This document shows positions 1 through 8,700 of a stretch of DNA of 12,307 nucleotides, piece by piece. A program made the translations under genes and the position numbers. The notes beneath the pieces were generated by a model. It did no database searches. It saw nothing but the letters and a program-made list of their open reading frames with translations, and was not told where the DNA came from. Source of the stretch: Polyangium sp. 6x1 (GTDB lineage: Bacteria; Myxococcota_A; Polyangia; Polyangiales; Polyangiaceae); NCBI RefSeq assembly GCF_029946515.1, contig NZ_JARZHH010000040.1, positions 91,904-104,210 on the forward strand, given 5' to 3'. The first letter of the stretch is position 1. Every line of letters starts with the position of its first letter.

Positions 1-778
1 GAACGGGCGAGGTGCCGCCGCCATGGCAGCCAGAGTCGCCGCCGGGTGAGACGAGGACGCCAATCGTGAAATCGGCGTGCTCGCAGGTGGGCTCGTCATT
101 GCCCCAGGGCCATTTGCGTCCGTCGCCGCCGGTCGCCGCCCACTCCCATTGCGCCTCGGTGGGCAGGTCTTTCCCTTGGGCCTTGCAATACTTCTTCGCC
201 TTGTCCCAGGAGACCTCGTTGGCCGGGTGATCCGGGCGGCGAGGATAGTTCGCAAAGACTTCGAGGCTCTTCGGCGGGTCGCAGGTCTTCGCGTCGACAC
301 ACGTTTTCATGGCGGCGACGGTGACCTCGGTCTCGTCCATGCAAAACGGGCGGGTGAGGACGACGCGGTGGGGACGATCGGAGTCGGGCTGGTGCCCCTT
401 GCGGAGGCGGCGCGCGCCGCCATTCAAGGTAAAACCCTTGCCCATGACGAAGCCGTCCGGGCCGGTCTTCGGGATGTAAACCTCGCCAGCAGGGCAATGC
501 GGGACGCACGCGCCCGTGGCCTCGTCGCAGCGCTCGATCGAGGCGCAGGCGACAGCGGCGCAGCGGGAGGGCTCGGGCGGCGGCGCAAGCGAGGGGACGG
601 GCGCGGGCGCAGGCGGCAGAGAGGCCGCAGGCGCGGGCGGGGAAGGCGCGGGCGAGGCGTCCGGGGAGGAGCAAGCGGCGGCCCCGAGGAAGAGGGCCGC
701 CGCAGGGAGGAGCAGGCGCGAGGCCAAGCGCAGGAGGGAAGGATCAGTCGAGGCCGAGGCGCGCGCGGACGTCGGCAT
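1..778 (-). CDS. Partial (3'-truncated by the window edge) secreted or lipoprotein with an N-terminal signal peptide, a Pro/Ala-rich linker, a Cys-rich module and the N-terminal part of an FGE-sulfatase (formylglycine-generating enzyme / SUMF1-like) domain
   Basis: Translated by hand on the minus strand; the ORF track omits it because it has no in-window stop. From the ATG at 778 the product begins MPTSARASASTDPSLLRLASRLLLPAAALFLGAAAC|SSPDASPAPSPPAPAAS..., i.e. a signal peptide with a lipobox-like GAAAC. An alternative TTG start at 727 gives MASRLLLPAAALFLGAAAC and sits 17 nt after the upstream stop. A Cys-rich stretch follows: CAAVACASIERCDEATGACVPHCPAG. Downstream are FGE-family hallmarks: RPHRVVLTRPFCMDETEVTVAAMKTC ... 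ANEVSWDKAKKYCKAQGKDLPTEAQWEWAATGGDGRKWPWGND (compare the FGE consensus RLPTEAEWEYAARGG...YPWGN). GC3 is high throughout and the frame stays open to position 1. Confidence 0.65.
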   Translation of the reverse strand, partial: MPTSARASASTDPSLLRLASRLLLPAAALFLGAAACSSPDASPAPSPPAPAASLPPAPAPVPSLAPPPEPSRCAAVACASIERCDEATGACVPHCPAGEVYIPKTGPDGFVMGKGFTLNGGARRLRKGHQPDSDRPHRVVLTRPFCMDETEVTVAAMKTCVDAKTCDPPKSLEVFANYPRRPDHPANEVSWDKAKKYCKAQGKDLPTEAQWEWAATGGDGRKWPWGNDEPTCEHADFTIGVLVSPGGDSGCHGGGTSPV

Positions 779-3700
779 ACGCGTCGCTCACCGAGAAGAC
801 GATGAGCTCGCGAGCCTCGGCGTTGCGGCCGATCCAGGTGAGGCGCTCCTTGCCGGAGGCGGGAGGCTGGTTCGTGTGGCCGCCCGCCCAGGCGATGCCC
901 GTGAGCGCGATGTTGGGATCGCCGACCGCGAGCAAGCCCGCGCGCGCACCCCAGCCGTTCACCGCGGTGTTGAGCGTCGAGGCGCGGTTGCCGATGTTGG
1001 CGATGACGTCCGTCGCGAGCGTGCGCACCTGCGCATCGAGGTTCGCCGGGAGCGCCTTGGCGACGCGCGCCGAGGCGTCGTTGAGCTTGGCCGGGTCGAC
1101 GCCTTGCGGGGCAAACCCAGGGCTCAACGCCTTGAGGTACGCGGCGAGCAGCGGCCAGAGGTCGATCGGCGCGGTGCGCGAGAAGGCCGTGGCGTTCGCC
1201 TGGACGACCTTGAGCGCGCGGTGGACGAGGAACGAGCGAACGGCCTCGTTCGTCGAGGCCACGAGCGGCGCGCCGAGCACGATCGTCGGCGGATGCGCGC
1301 TCGCGGCGATGCACACCGAGCCGAGCGTGGACGACTGCAGCACCTTGAGATCCTCGATCCCGTAGGCGCGGGCGAGGTCCTTGATCTCCTCGGCGAGGTG
1401 CGCCTGCGGGGGCGGGAAGGGCGTCGCGCGGACCGACGTGACGTCGAACGGCACGGCGGCGTCGAGCATCGGCCCGGTGCGCTGCAGGAGGTCGCGGAAG
1501 GCCGGGGTCATCACGTCGGGAGCGAGGAGCTCGTCGAGCGCGATGTCGCCGGCCGCCGCGCCCGCGCCCGCGAGATCGACCGCGCCGCCGTCGAGGGCTA
1601 GCACGCTGCCGCGCGCGATGCGCGCGACCTCGGGCCGGCCGCGCAGATCGGCGACGGTGGCGACGGTGCTGAAGAGGTACGGCTCGAAGCGGCCGGTGCC
1701 GAGCGCGCGGCGCGCGTCGGCGACGGCACGATCGAGCAGGACGTTCGCGGCCTGCGCCTGATCGGTGCGCTGGTAGAAGCTCGCCAGCGCGCCGAGCGCG
1801 ACGTCGTCCTTGGGCCAGGTCTTGCGCGCCTGGAGCAAGGTCTGCTCGGCCTTCTTGAGGTCGCCCATCGCCTCGTAGATCTCGGCGAGCTGCGTCGTGC
1901 GACGGCACTTCGCTTCGGGCTCCTCGACGTTGTTGATGAGGATCGTCTGCTGCTCGAGGGCCTTCGCCGTGTCGCCGAGGTTCTTGTAGAGGTCGACGAG
2001 GCGCTCGCGCGCGAGCTCGTTGTTCGCGAAGCGCTTCAAGACCTCCTGGTAGGAGAGCTCGGCGCGCTCGGCGTTCGGCAGCGGGCCGTTGTAGAGGTCG
2101 CCGAGGCGCATGTAGAGCTCGGCCTGACGCTCGGGCTCCGCGACGAGGCGCGCGAGCCGGATCCAGGCCTGCTCCGCGCCGCCCCAGTCCTCTTCCCTCG
2201 CGCAGACGTCGGCGAACGCCGTCAGAGCCTCGACGTGGTCGGGGTTCTGATCGAGCGCCGCCGCGAGGGCCTGCTTCGCCGCCGCCGCGTCGCCGACGTC
2301 GGCGAGCGCGCGGCCACGCAGGACCTCCATCTCGACACGCTCGGCCGGATCCGTGACGGCGTCGAGGCGTCGTTCGAGCAGCGCCGCGAGCTCGGCCCGC
2401 GCGCCGCCGGCGACATAGATTGCCTGCAAGCGCTGGAAGACGTCGAGGTACGAGGGATCGACCGCGAAGACGCTCTCGAAGGCGCCGCGCGCTCGCTCGG
2501 TCTCGCTCGTCTTGTCGGCCCAGAGCACGGCCGCGAGGTAGAGGTTGCGCACGCGCTCCTCGGCCGTCGCGCTGGTCTGCGCGGCAGCTTCGAGCGCGGT
2601 CGCGGCGCCCACGGCGTCGCCGATCTGCTCGAGGGCGCGGGCTCGCTCGAGGTGCACCACGAGGTGACCAGGGACGAGCTCGATCGCCTTGTCGAGCAGC
2701 TCGCGGGCCTTCTCGGTTTGACCCGCGCGCGCCGCGGACTCGGCGGCGCGCAGCGAGAGCGTGGCGATCTCGGAGGCGCGCTCGGTGCGGTTCGCGAGCT
2801 CGAGATCGGCCTCGAGTGCCGTCGCCTCGTCCCCACGCGCGCGGGCATGCGCCGCCATCTGGCGGAGTGCCCAGAGCCCGCGAGGCTCGTTGCGATAGGC
2901 GATCTCGACCGGCTCGCGCGTCTCGTCCCAGCCGAGGACGCGCAGGCGCAGGCGCGCCGAGAGGTGCGCGTGCGCGATGGCCTCGGGGCCTTCGAGCGTC
3001 CTCGCGAGCGTGAAGACGACCGGCTCGAGCTCCTCGTCGCGGCCGCCCGCGATGAGGGCGCTCGCGACGCGGCGGAGCGTCGGCAGGTGCGACGGCGTCT
3101 CTTCGAGGATCGTGCGACGCCAGAGCAGGCCGCTCGCCGCGTCACCGCGGCCGAGCTCGTCGAGCTCGGCGAGGCGCTCGTACGCCTGGAGACGCTCGAC
3201 GGAATCCTCCGTCGCGCGGGCGTACTGCAAGAGGCCGTCGACGAGATCACTCGTGCCATGGCCCGCGAGCGCGGCGCGGTACGCGCAGAGCGGCGCGAGG
3301 AGCGTCTCGCCCGCAGCAATGGCCTGCCGCGCGAGGGCCGCGGCCTTCTCGAGGTCGCCGTCGCGCTCGAACTCGAGCGCGGCTTCGAGCGAGAAGCGCG
3401 CGGCATCGGGGCCCGTGGAGGCGACGGCGCGCTCGGCGCGCCAGGACGCACGATCCGCGGGACGCTCGGGCGAGAGGCGCTCGTAGAGCTCCCGCAGGCC
3501 GATGTCGTCGGGCCGCGCCGTGAGCGCCTGCGCGAGCAAGCGCGCCCCGTGCGCGGCGCCCTCCGGCGTGATGAGCGCCTCGCGCACGAAGTCGCGGGCC
3601 TGCTCGATCGGATCCTCGCTCGCCTGACGGCGGAGGTGGAGCCACTCGATGAGGCCGTCGCGATCGCCCACGCCGCGCGCCGTGCGCTCGCCGAGGTGCA

Positions 3701-5741
3701 CGGAGAGCGGGAGGCGCGCGTCGATCTCGGCCGCGCCGCGGAGGAGTTTGTCGCGCTCGTCGTCGATCGAGGTGTCGGGCACCTCGACCTCGAGCAAGCG
3801 GATCGCCGCCTCCGTGAGCAGGAGCGCGGCGCGCGTGCCCGGCTCGATCGATTGCGCGAGGCCGGCGAGGACGCTCGACGCGGTCGCGGCGTCGGCGCCG
3901 GTCGCGCGAGCGCGCGCGGCGCCTTCGTGGGCCGGATCCGACTGGCGAGCGCGATCGTACCCCTCGGCCGCGAGCTCCGCGTCGCCCGCGAGCTCGGCGA
4001 GGAGTGCGCTCGCGAGCGCGCTGTCGCGGTCCCCGTCCTCTGCGCCGCGCCACGCGGCGACGGCGCGGGCGACCTGCGCGCCGGCCTTCGACTCGAGGTC
4101 GAGCTCGAGCTTGAGCGCGCGGCCCGTGCCGCTGTCGGCGGCGTACTCGTTGTAGCCGAGGATCGCCGCGGCGAGGGCGTCGCTCTCGCCGAGGAGCTTG
4201 CCGTCGGGGCGCGCATCTCCGAGGGCGCGGCCGAGCGCGGCGGCAGCGCGCGCGTTCGGGCTGCCCGCGCCGATGACGCTGCTCGAAGTCGCGTCGGCCT
4301 CGCGGGAGGCCGCGCTCGCCGCGGCGAGCAGCGGCGCGAGCTCGTCGTCGCCCGCGGCGGCCTCCACGGCCTGCTCGAAGAGCTCGCGCGAGCCTCCGGT
4401 GAGCGCCGTCAACGAGAGGCGATCGGCAGCCGAGAACGCGATCGTGTCGCTGCCCTCGACGGCCGCGCGCGCCGCGGCGGCGTCGCCGAGCTCGATCGCG
4501 CGGGCCGCGAGGGCGCGCCGCGCGTCGGCGTCGTGCGTGCCGTCGAGCGCGCCGCGCAGGGCGTCGATCGAGCCGGGACGCGTGTCCTTGCGCGCGGCCG
4601 CGAGCATGCCCGCGAGCCAGCCCGCGCCGCCCTTGAGGGAGGCGGTGCTGTGCAGGCGCCCGAGGCTCGACACCGCGAGGGACACGTCGCCCGATTCGAG
4701 CGCCGCGCGCGCACGGAGGAGCGCGTCGTACGCGGAGACGACGCCCCGGAGGCCACGCGGCACCACGCCGCGGTGGATCGCGACCTGCGTGAACGCGTCA
4801 CGCAGCGCCGAGAGCTCGCTCGGCTCCGGCGCGCGCACCTTCGTGAACGTGTCGTCCGCGGCGCCGAGCGCCTCGCAGAAGCGCTGCACGTGCGGGCGTG
4901 GATCCGACGTGAGCGAGCGCTGGGCCAGATCCATGCGCTTCTGCGCGCCTTCCTCGTCCTCCTGGCGGATCCGCAGGACCTCGGCGCCGAGCACGGCCGC
5001 GTGGGCGCGCGCGGTCGGCGTGGGTGCGATGCGCGCCTCGGTGTCGAGCACATCGATCGTGCCTTGCCAGTCCTGGTCGCGCGCGAGCAAGCCGCGGAGC
5101 TGGCGATGCGCGAGCGGAGAGCTCGGCGCGAGCTCGCGCGCCTCGGCGGCAATCGCGCGCGCGGTCTGCTCCTCGCCTGCCATCGCGTAGATCTCGGACA
5201 CCGCCACGAGCGCTCGCGCGCGCGCGGCCTTGTCCTCCATCGCCTCCGCTTCGGCGCGCAGCCACGCGGCCCGCTCGGCCCACGCGTCGCGCTGCTGCGT
5301 GCGCACGAGGTGCGCGCTCGCGTCCTGCTCGTCGTCGAACGTGGGCGCTCCCGCGACGGGCGCGCGCTCGCGACGCGACGGCGCCGCAGGGACGTCGTCG
5401 TGGGCTTCCACCTCGGTCACGACCGCGGCCACCGGCGTCTCCACGACCGACGGCCCCGCGGGCGTGACCGCGTCGTGGGCGCTCTCCGCCGCGGCAGGCG
5501 GCGCCTTCGTCTCGTCGACGAGGGCCTCCACCAGCCCGTCCTCCTCGGGGACCGTGGGCATCTCGTGCCGCGCGTCCTCTTTCATGCGCGAGCTCATCTC
5601 GCCGATCTCGGGCTCGTTGCGGGAGTTCCGCAGCGACTGCATCAGCTCGTCGGGCACGTGCGCCATGATGGTCGCCGCGTCGTCGTCGTCGTCGTCGATC
5701 GCGTCCTCTGCGAGGTCGATCTCGTCTTCGGGCTCGCTCAC
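744..5741 (-). CDS. Giant cytoplasmic TPR-repeat protein (about 1665 aa) with an acidic Asp/Glu-rich N-terminal tail and a roughly 270-aa non-TPR C-terminal domain; paralog of the upstream TPR gene
   Basis: This is the ORF-track entry 744..6734 (-), whose first roughly 330 aa are Arg/Gly-rich junk. That junk overlaps the well-formed C-terminus of the upstream gene in another frame, so the true start is internal. The best candidate is the GTG at 5741 (MSEPEDEIDLAEDAIDDDDDDAATIMAHVPDEL...), preceded by a strong SD, GGAGCAAAGGA (minus-strand reading of 5752-5762). GC3 also drops locally across 5742-5773 (codons tct gga gca aag gat caa), consistent with non-coding spacer. The alternative is the GTG at 5777, overlapping the upstream TGA as GTGA. 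The body is classic TPR (many A/L/E/R-rich 34-aa repeats, e.g. AELYMRLGDLYNGPLPNAERAELSYQEVLKRFANNELARERLVDLYKNLGDTAKALEQ). The product ends ...ERLTWIGRNAEARELIVFSVSDAYADVRARLGLD, with TGA at 744-746. Confidence 0.75.
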   Translation of the reverse strand: MSEPEDEIDLAEDAIDDDDDDAATIMAHVPDELMQSLRNSRNEPEIGEMSSRMKEDARHEMPTVPEEDGLVEALVDETKAPPAAAESAHDAVTPAGPSVVETPVAAVVTEVEAHDDVPAAPSRRERAPVAGAPTFDDEQDASAHLVRTQQRDAWAERAAWLRAEAEAMEDKAARARALVAVSEIYAMAGEEQTARAIAAEARELAPSSPLAHRQLRGLLARDQDWQGTIDVLDTEARIAPTPTARAHAAVLGAEVLRIRQEDEEGAQKRMDLAQRSLTSDPRPHVQRFCEALGAADDTFTKVRAPEPSELSALRDAFTQVAIHRGVVPRGLRGVVSAYDALLRARAALESGDVSLAVSSLGRLHSTASLKGGAGWLAGMLAAARKDTRPGSIDALRGALDGTHDADARRALAARAIELGDAAAARAAVEGSDTIAFSAADRLSLTALTGGSRELFEQAVEAAAGDDELAPLLAAASAASREADATSSSVIGAGSPNARAAAALGRALGDARPDGKLLGESDALAAAILGYNEYAADSGTGRALKLELDLESKAGAQVARAVAAWRGAEDGDRDSALASALLAELAGDAELAAEGYDRARQSDPAHEGAARARATGADAATASSVLAGLAQSIEPGTRAALLLTEAAIRLLEVEVPDTSIDDERDKLLRGAAEIDARLPLSVHLGERTARGVGDRDGLIEWLHLRRQASEDPIEQARDFVREALITPEGAAHGARLLAQALTARPDDIGLRELYERLSPERPADRASWRAERAVASTGPDAARFSLEAALEFERDGDLEKAAALARQAIAAGETLLAPLCAYRAALAGHGTSDLVDGLLQYARATEDSVERLQAYERLAELDELGRGDAASGLLWRRTILEETPSHLPTLRRVASALIAGGRDEELEPVVFTLARTLEGPEAIAHAHLSARLRLRVLGWDETREPVEIAYRNEPRGLWALRQMAAHARARGDEATALEADLELANRTERASEIATLSLRAAESAARAGQTEKARELLDKAIELVPGHLVVHLERARALEQIGDAVGAATALEAAAQTSATAEERVRNLYLAAVLWADKTSETERARGAFESVFAVDPSYLDVFQRLQAIYVAGGARAELAALLERRLDAVTDPAERVEMEVLRGRALADVGDAAAAKQALAAALDQNPDHVEALTAFADVCAREEDWGGAEQAWIRLARLVAEPERQAELYMRLGDLYNGPLPNAERAELSYQEVLKRFANNELARERLVDLYKNLGDTAKALEQQTILINNVEEPEAKCRRTTQLAEIYEAMGDLKKAEQTLLQARKTWPKDDVALGALASFYQRTDQAQAANVLLDRAVADARRALGTGRFEPYLFSTVATVADLRGRPEVARIARGSVLALDGGAVDLAGAGAAAGDIALDELLAPDVMTPAFRDLLQRTGPMLDAAVPFDVTSVRATPFPPPQAHLAEEIKDLARAYGIEDLKVLQSSTLGSVCIAASAHPPTIVLGAPLVASTNEAVRSFLVHRALKVVQANATAFSRTAPIDLWPLLAAYLKALSPGFAPQGVDPAKLNDASARVAKALPANLDAQVRTLATDVIANIGNRASTLNTAVNGWGARAGLLAVGDPNIALTGIAWAGGHTNQPPASGKERLTWIGRNAEARELIVFSVSDAYADVRARLGLD
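5679..5696. repeat. Perfect (GTC)6 trinucleotide microsatellite, reading (GAC)6 on the coding strand and encoding Asp6
   Basis: Plus-strand 5679-5696 is gtcgtcgtcgtcgtcgtc. On the minus strand it encodes the DDDDDD run in the acidic N-terminal tail of the second TPR protein (...AEDAIDDDDDDAATIM...). Confidence 0.9.
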
Positions 5742-5773
5742 GGGGCTTTGATCCTTTGCTCCAGAGTCGTCGC
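5742..5773 (-). promoter_or_regulatory. Short intercistronic spacer between the two TPR genes carrying a Shine-Dalgarno-like GGAGCAAAGGA
   Basis: On the minus strand it reads ...CGG TGA gcgacgactctGGAGCAAAGGAtcaaagcccc GTG AGC GAG CCC GAA GAC.... GGAG and AAGGA lie about 10 nt before the GTG at 5741. A/T-containing third positions occur only here. This implies tight operonic linkage or translational coupling of the two TPR genes. Confidence 0.45.
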
Positions 5774-8700
5774 TCACCGGACACCCATGCCGAGCTTCTT
5801 GCGCAGCTCGAGGTAGCTGGGGGAAAGCACGAACGAGAGAAGGCGGCGCGAGCGCTCGTTCTCGGTGACCACCGAGCCGAGCTGATCCCGCGGCACGTTC
5901 ACGATGTCGCTCAGCACGATCGAGACGTCGCCGGCGGCGATCACCGCCATGCGATCCAGGCTGCGCCGCGCCGCGTTCGTCCACGCGCGCGCGTCCTGCT
6001 TGCTCGACACGACCTTCTGGCAGACCTCGCCGATGCTCTTGCGGATCTTGCGCGAGATCTCCTTGTGCACCGCGCGCTGGATCTCGCCGTAGACCGCGTA
6101 CCCGGGGTTCGCGACCTTGATGTCGACCTCGTTGCACGCCGCGATGACCACGGACGCGACCGTGGCCTCGTCGCGCGTGCGGAGCGAGGTGATCCCGCGC
6201 CGCAGGGCGAAGACCGTCCGCGCGATGGCCGAGCGCGCTGCCGCGTCGAGCGGCGCCGTGATCCCGGACCCGATGACGATCGCGGGCACCTCGCCGGCGA
6301 CGCCGTGCACGCCCTTCGGCTCGGGGCCGCCGACGTAGAGCTCGAAGTCGCCCTCGAAGCCCACCGCGCCCATCCACTCGGCGACCGCCACGCGCAGCGG
6401 GTGGCCGCCGCGCGAGTCGACGCGCTCCTTCTTGCCGACGTTCAGCGAGCCGAGCGTCGGGCCGAGCGCGAGCGTCACCGTCTCGGCCATGAGCACGAAG
6501 AGCTCCGCGATCGGGCCGTTGTCCTCCGGATCGGCGATCTCGGCCATGGCCTTCGCGTCGAGCACGATCTGGGGCCGCGTCGCGACGCGACCGTCGATCC
6601 GCTTGAGCTCCGTGGAGATCGCGTCGTCGTCGCGGCCGAGCGAGACCAGGCAGCCGAGCGTCGCCTGCCGGAGCGCCGCGTCCTGCCCTGCCTGCGCGAT
6701 CTTCGCGAGCCGCTCGACGCGGTCGGCGTCGCACGGATCCTCGGACAGCTTCTGCACGAGCACGCTCTTCGCGCGGCCGAGCAGACGCTGGCGGAGCGAC
6801 GCCTCGTAGCTCGTGGTGAGCACGAGATCGAGCGCCTCGCCGTCGTCCGGCGACTCGTCGAGCAGCTTCACGACCGAGGACTCGGCCTTGAGCGGCTCGT
6901 TGACCTTGTCGCGCCAGATGGCCATCGCGAGCCGCGCGGCCTCCATGCGACCCTCGCGCTTGTCGCGCTCCTGCATGAGCTGCTCGAGGATCGCCGTCGC
7001 GCGCGTCCAGGCGCCCGTCTTCGCCGCGACGCGCGCGAGGCGCTCGCGCACGGGCGGCGTGGACAGGCCCGCCTCGTGGAGACCCACGAGCACCTTGAGC
7101 GCCTTCTCCGGGGCGTTCAGCTTGTTCTCGTAGATGTCCACCGCCGCGACGCCGGACATCAGCCGCTGCTGCGCCGGCGCCTCACCGATGACCGAGAGCC
7201 GGCCGAGCAGATCGGCCGCCTCGGCGAACTTGCCCATCGTGATCGAGATCTCGCCGGCGAGCGCGAGCGCGCCGACGTGGTCGGGCTCGAGCATCGTGAC
7301 GTTCTCGAGCGCCGAGAGCGCGCCCTCCCGATCGCCCTTCTTGCGGAGCACGCGCGCGCGCTCCCAGAAGAGCTTGCCGATCTCCGCCTCGTCGTCGGCG
7401 ACGTCGAGGCGGCGCCCGATGATGTCGAGCAGCTTGTCGTCCTCGTTGCGCGAACGTACGCGACGGAAGAGTTTGTCGAAGGCGACGCTCCGGCTCGGAT
7501 CCCGATCGAACGCGCGGGCGAACGCGATCTCCGCGTCGTCGTGCGCGTCGGTGTGCTCGAGCAGGATGACACCCGCCGACTCCCAGAACGCCGCGCCGCG
7601 CCCGTCGTCCTTGCTGAGGGCGCCGAGCTGCGCGAGCGAGAGCGCCGTGGAGACGTGATCGCCGAGCGCCTCGCTCGCGGCACGCACGCCCTCCCACGAC
7701 ACGATGTCGTCCTGGCGACGCTCGACGGCCGCGCGGAAGGTGGCGAGCGCCGCCTCCACGTTGCCCGCCGCGAGCTCCGACCAGCCCGAGAGCGCCGACG
7801 CGTCGCTGCCCGCCTCCTCGCCGAGCGCGCCGCCCACGTGCTGCAGGGCGAACGCGCGGCGGCGCGGATCGCAGCCGGGCATCGCGAGCTCCAGGTTCGC
7901 GAGGCGCGTCGCGTCCGACGTCCCCGCGAGCAAGGGCTGCGGCGTGCTCGGCTGATCGAGCATCGCGACGAGCGCGGCCGACGCTTCCATCGCCGACCAT
8001 GGCTCGTCGTCGAGGAACGCGCCCACCGCGCGGCGCGCGGCCACCTCGGCGTCGCGATCCTTCGCGGTGAGCGACGCGCCGAGCCACTCGAGCGCGGCGT
8101 AGAGCTTCGGCTCCGCGTCTGCCCAGGCCGCCGCGCGCGACACCGCCGCGCCCGGATCCTGATCGACCACGCGCGCCAGCCGGAACGCCTCGGCGCGGGC
8201 GATCGCCGTCGCCTCGTCGCCCTGATCCTCGAGCCGATCGAGCGCGCGATCGATCGCGGCCCGGTCACTCTGCGCATCAGGCCACGTCAGGCGCGCGAGC
8301 CCCGCGGCGACCGTGATGTCGCCCGAGCCCTCGGCCTCCGCCGTCTCCAGCGCCGTGAGCGCCTCGGCACGATCGCCCGCCTCGCCCTGGCCGACCTCCA
8401 GGCCGAAGCGCTCGATCGCGATGCTCGCCGGATCCGCGCCCGCCTCCGCTGCCGTGAGCAGCGCGCGGCGACGACCGTCGAGGCTGTCCGGATCGGCCCC
8501 GCGCAGCGCCCACGCGAGCAGCGCCGCGGCCGCCTTCGACGCGCTGCCGCGCGCCTGCTCGATGAGCTCGATCGTCTTCTGCCGATCGCCGATCCGCCAC
8601 GTGAGAAGCGCAGCTTCCAGGTAGAGCGCGGCGCCGAGCTCGATGTCCTCGGTCATCGTCGCGCACGTCGACAGGATGTTCGACGCGGCCGCGAGGTCCC

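Noticed and set aside
77-805. Plus-strand 242-aa ORF, plus 12..230 (+) and 96..674 (-)
   Set aside because: The region is occupied by the minus-strand FGE-lipoprotein frame, which has clear family motifs and a signal peptide. These competing frames give Arg/Gly-rich nonsense (GRRRQRGRRRGRGRRGRG...).
424-1908. Minus-strand 494-aa ORF and plus-strand ORFs 516..1601 and 802..1365
   Set aside because: These are alternate or antisense frames inside the C-terminal domain of the second TPR protein. They are extremely Arg/Pro/Gly-rich (RRRRAPRARHRPLRAVPLQHRRHRRRSARP...), which is not protein-like.
2235-5816. 1193-aa plus-strand ORF (and nested plus-strand ORFs at 2420-3013, 2977-3486, 3649-4155, 4198-5190, 5024-5467 and 5230-5751)
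   Set aside because: It lies antisense to the well-formed TPR gene. The translation is dominated by Arg, Ala, Gly and Glu runs (RRRVADVGERAATQDLHLD...) with no domain-like pattern. Such stop-free antisense frames are expected at about 73% GC, and codon third positions follow the opposite strand.
5742-6734. N-terminal roughly 330 aa of the 1996-aa minus-strand ORF (744..6734)
   Set aside because: This is an alternate-frame read-through across the C-terminal domain of the upstream TPR gene. The composition is RRRPRRAAREDRAGRAGRG..., unlike the downstream TPR body. The true start is reassigned to about 5741 (or 5777).
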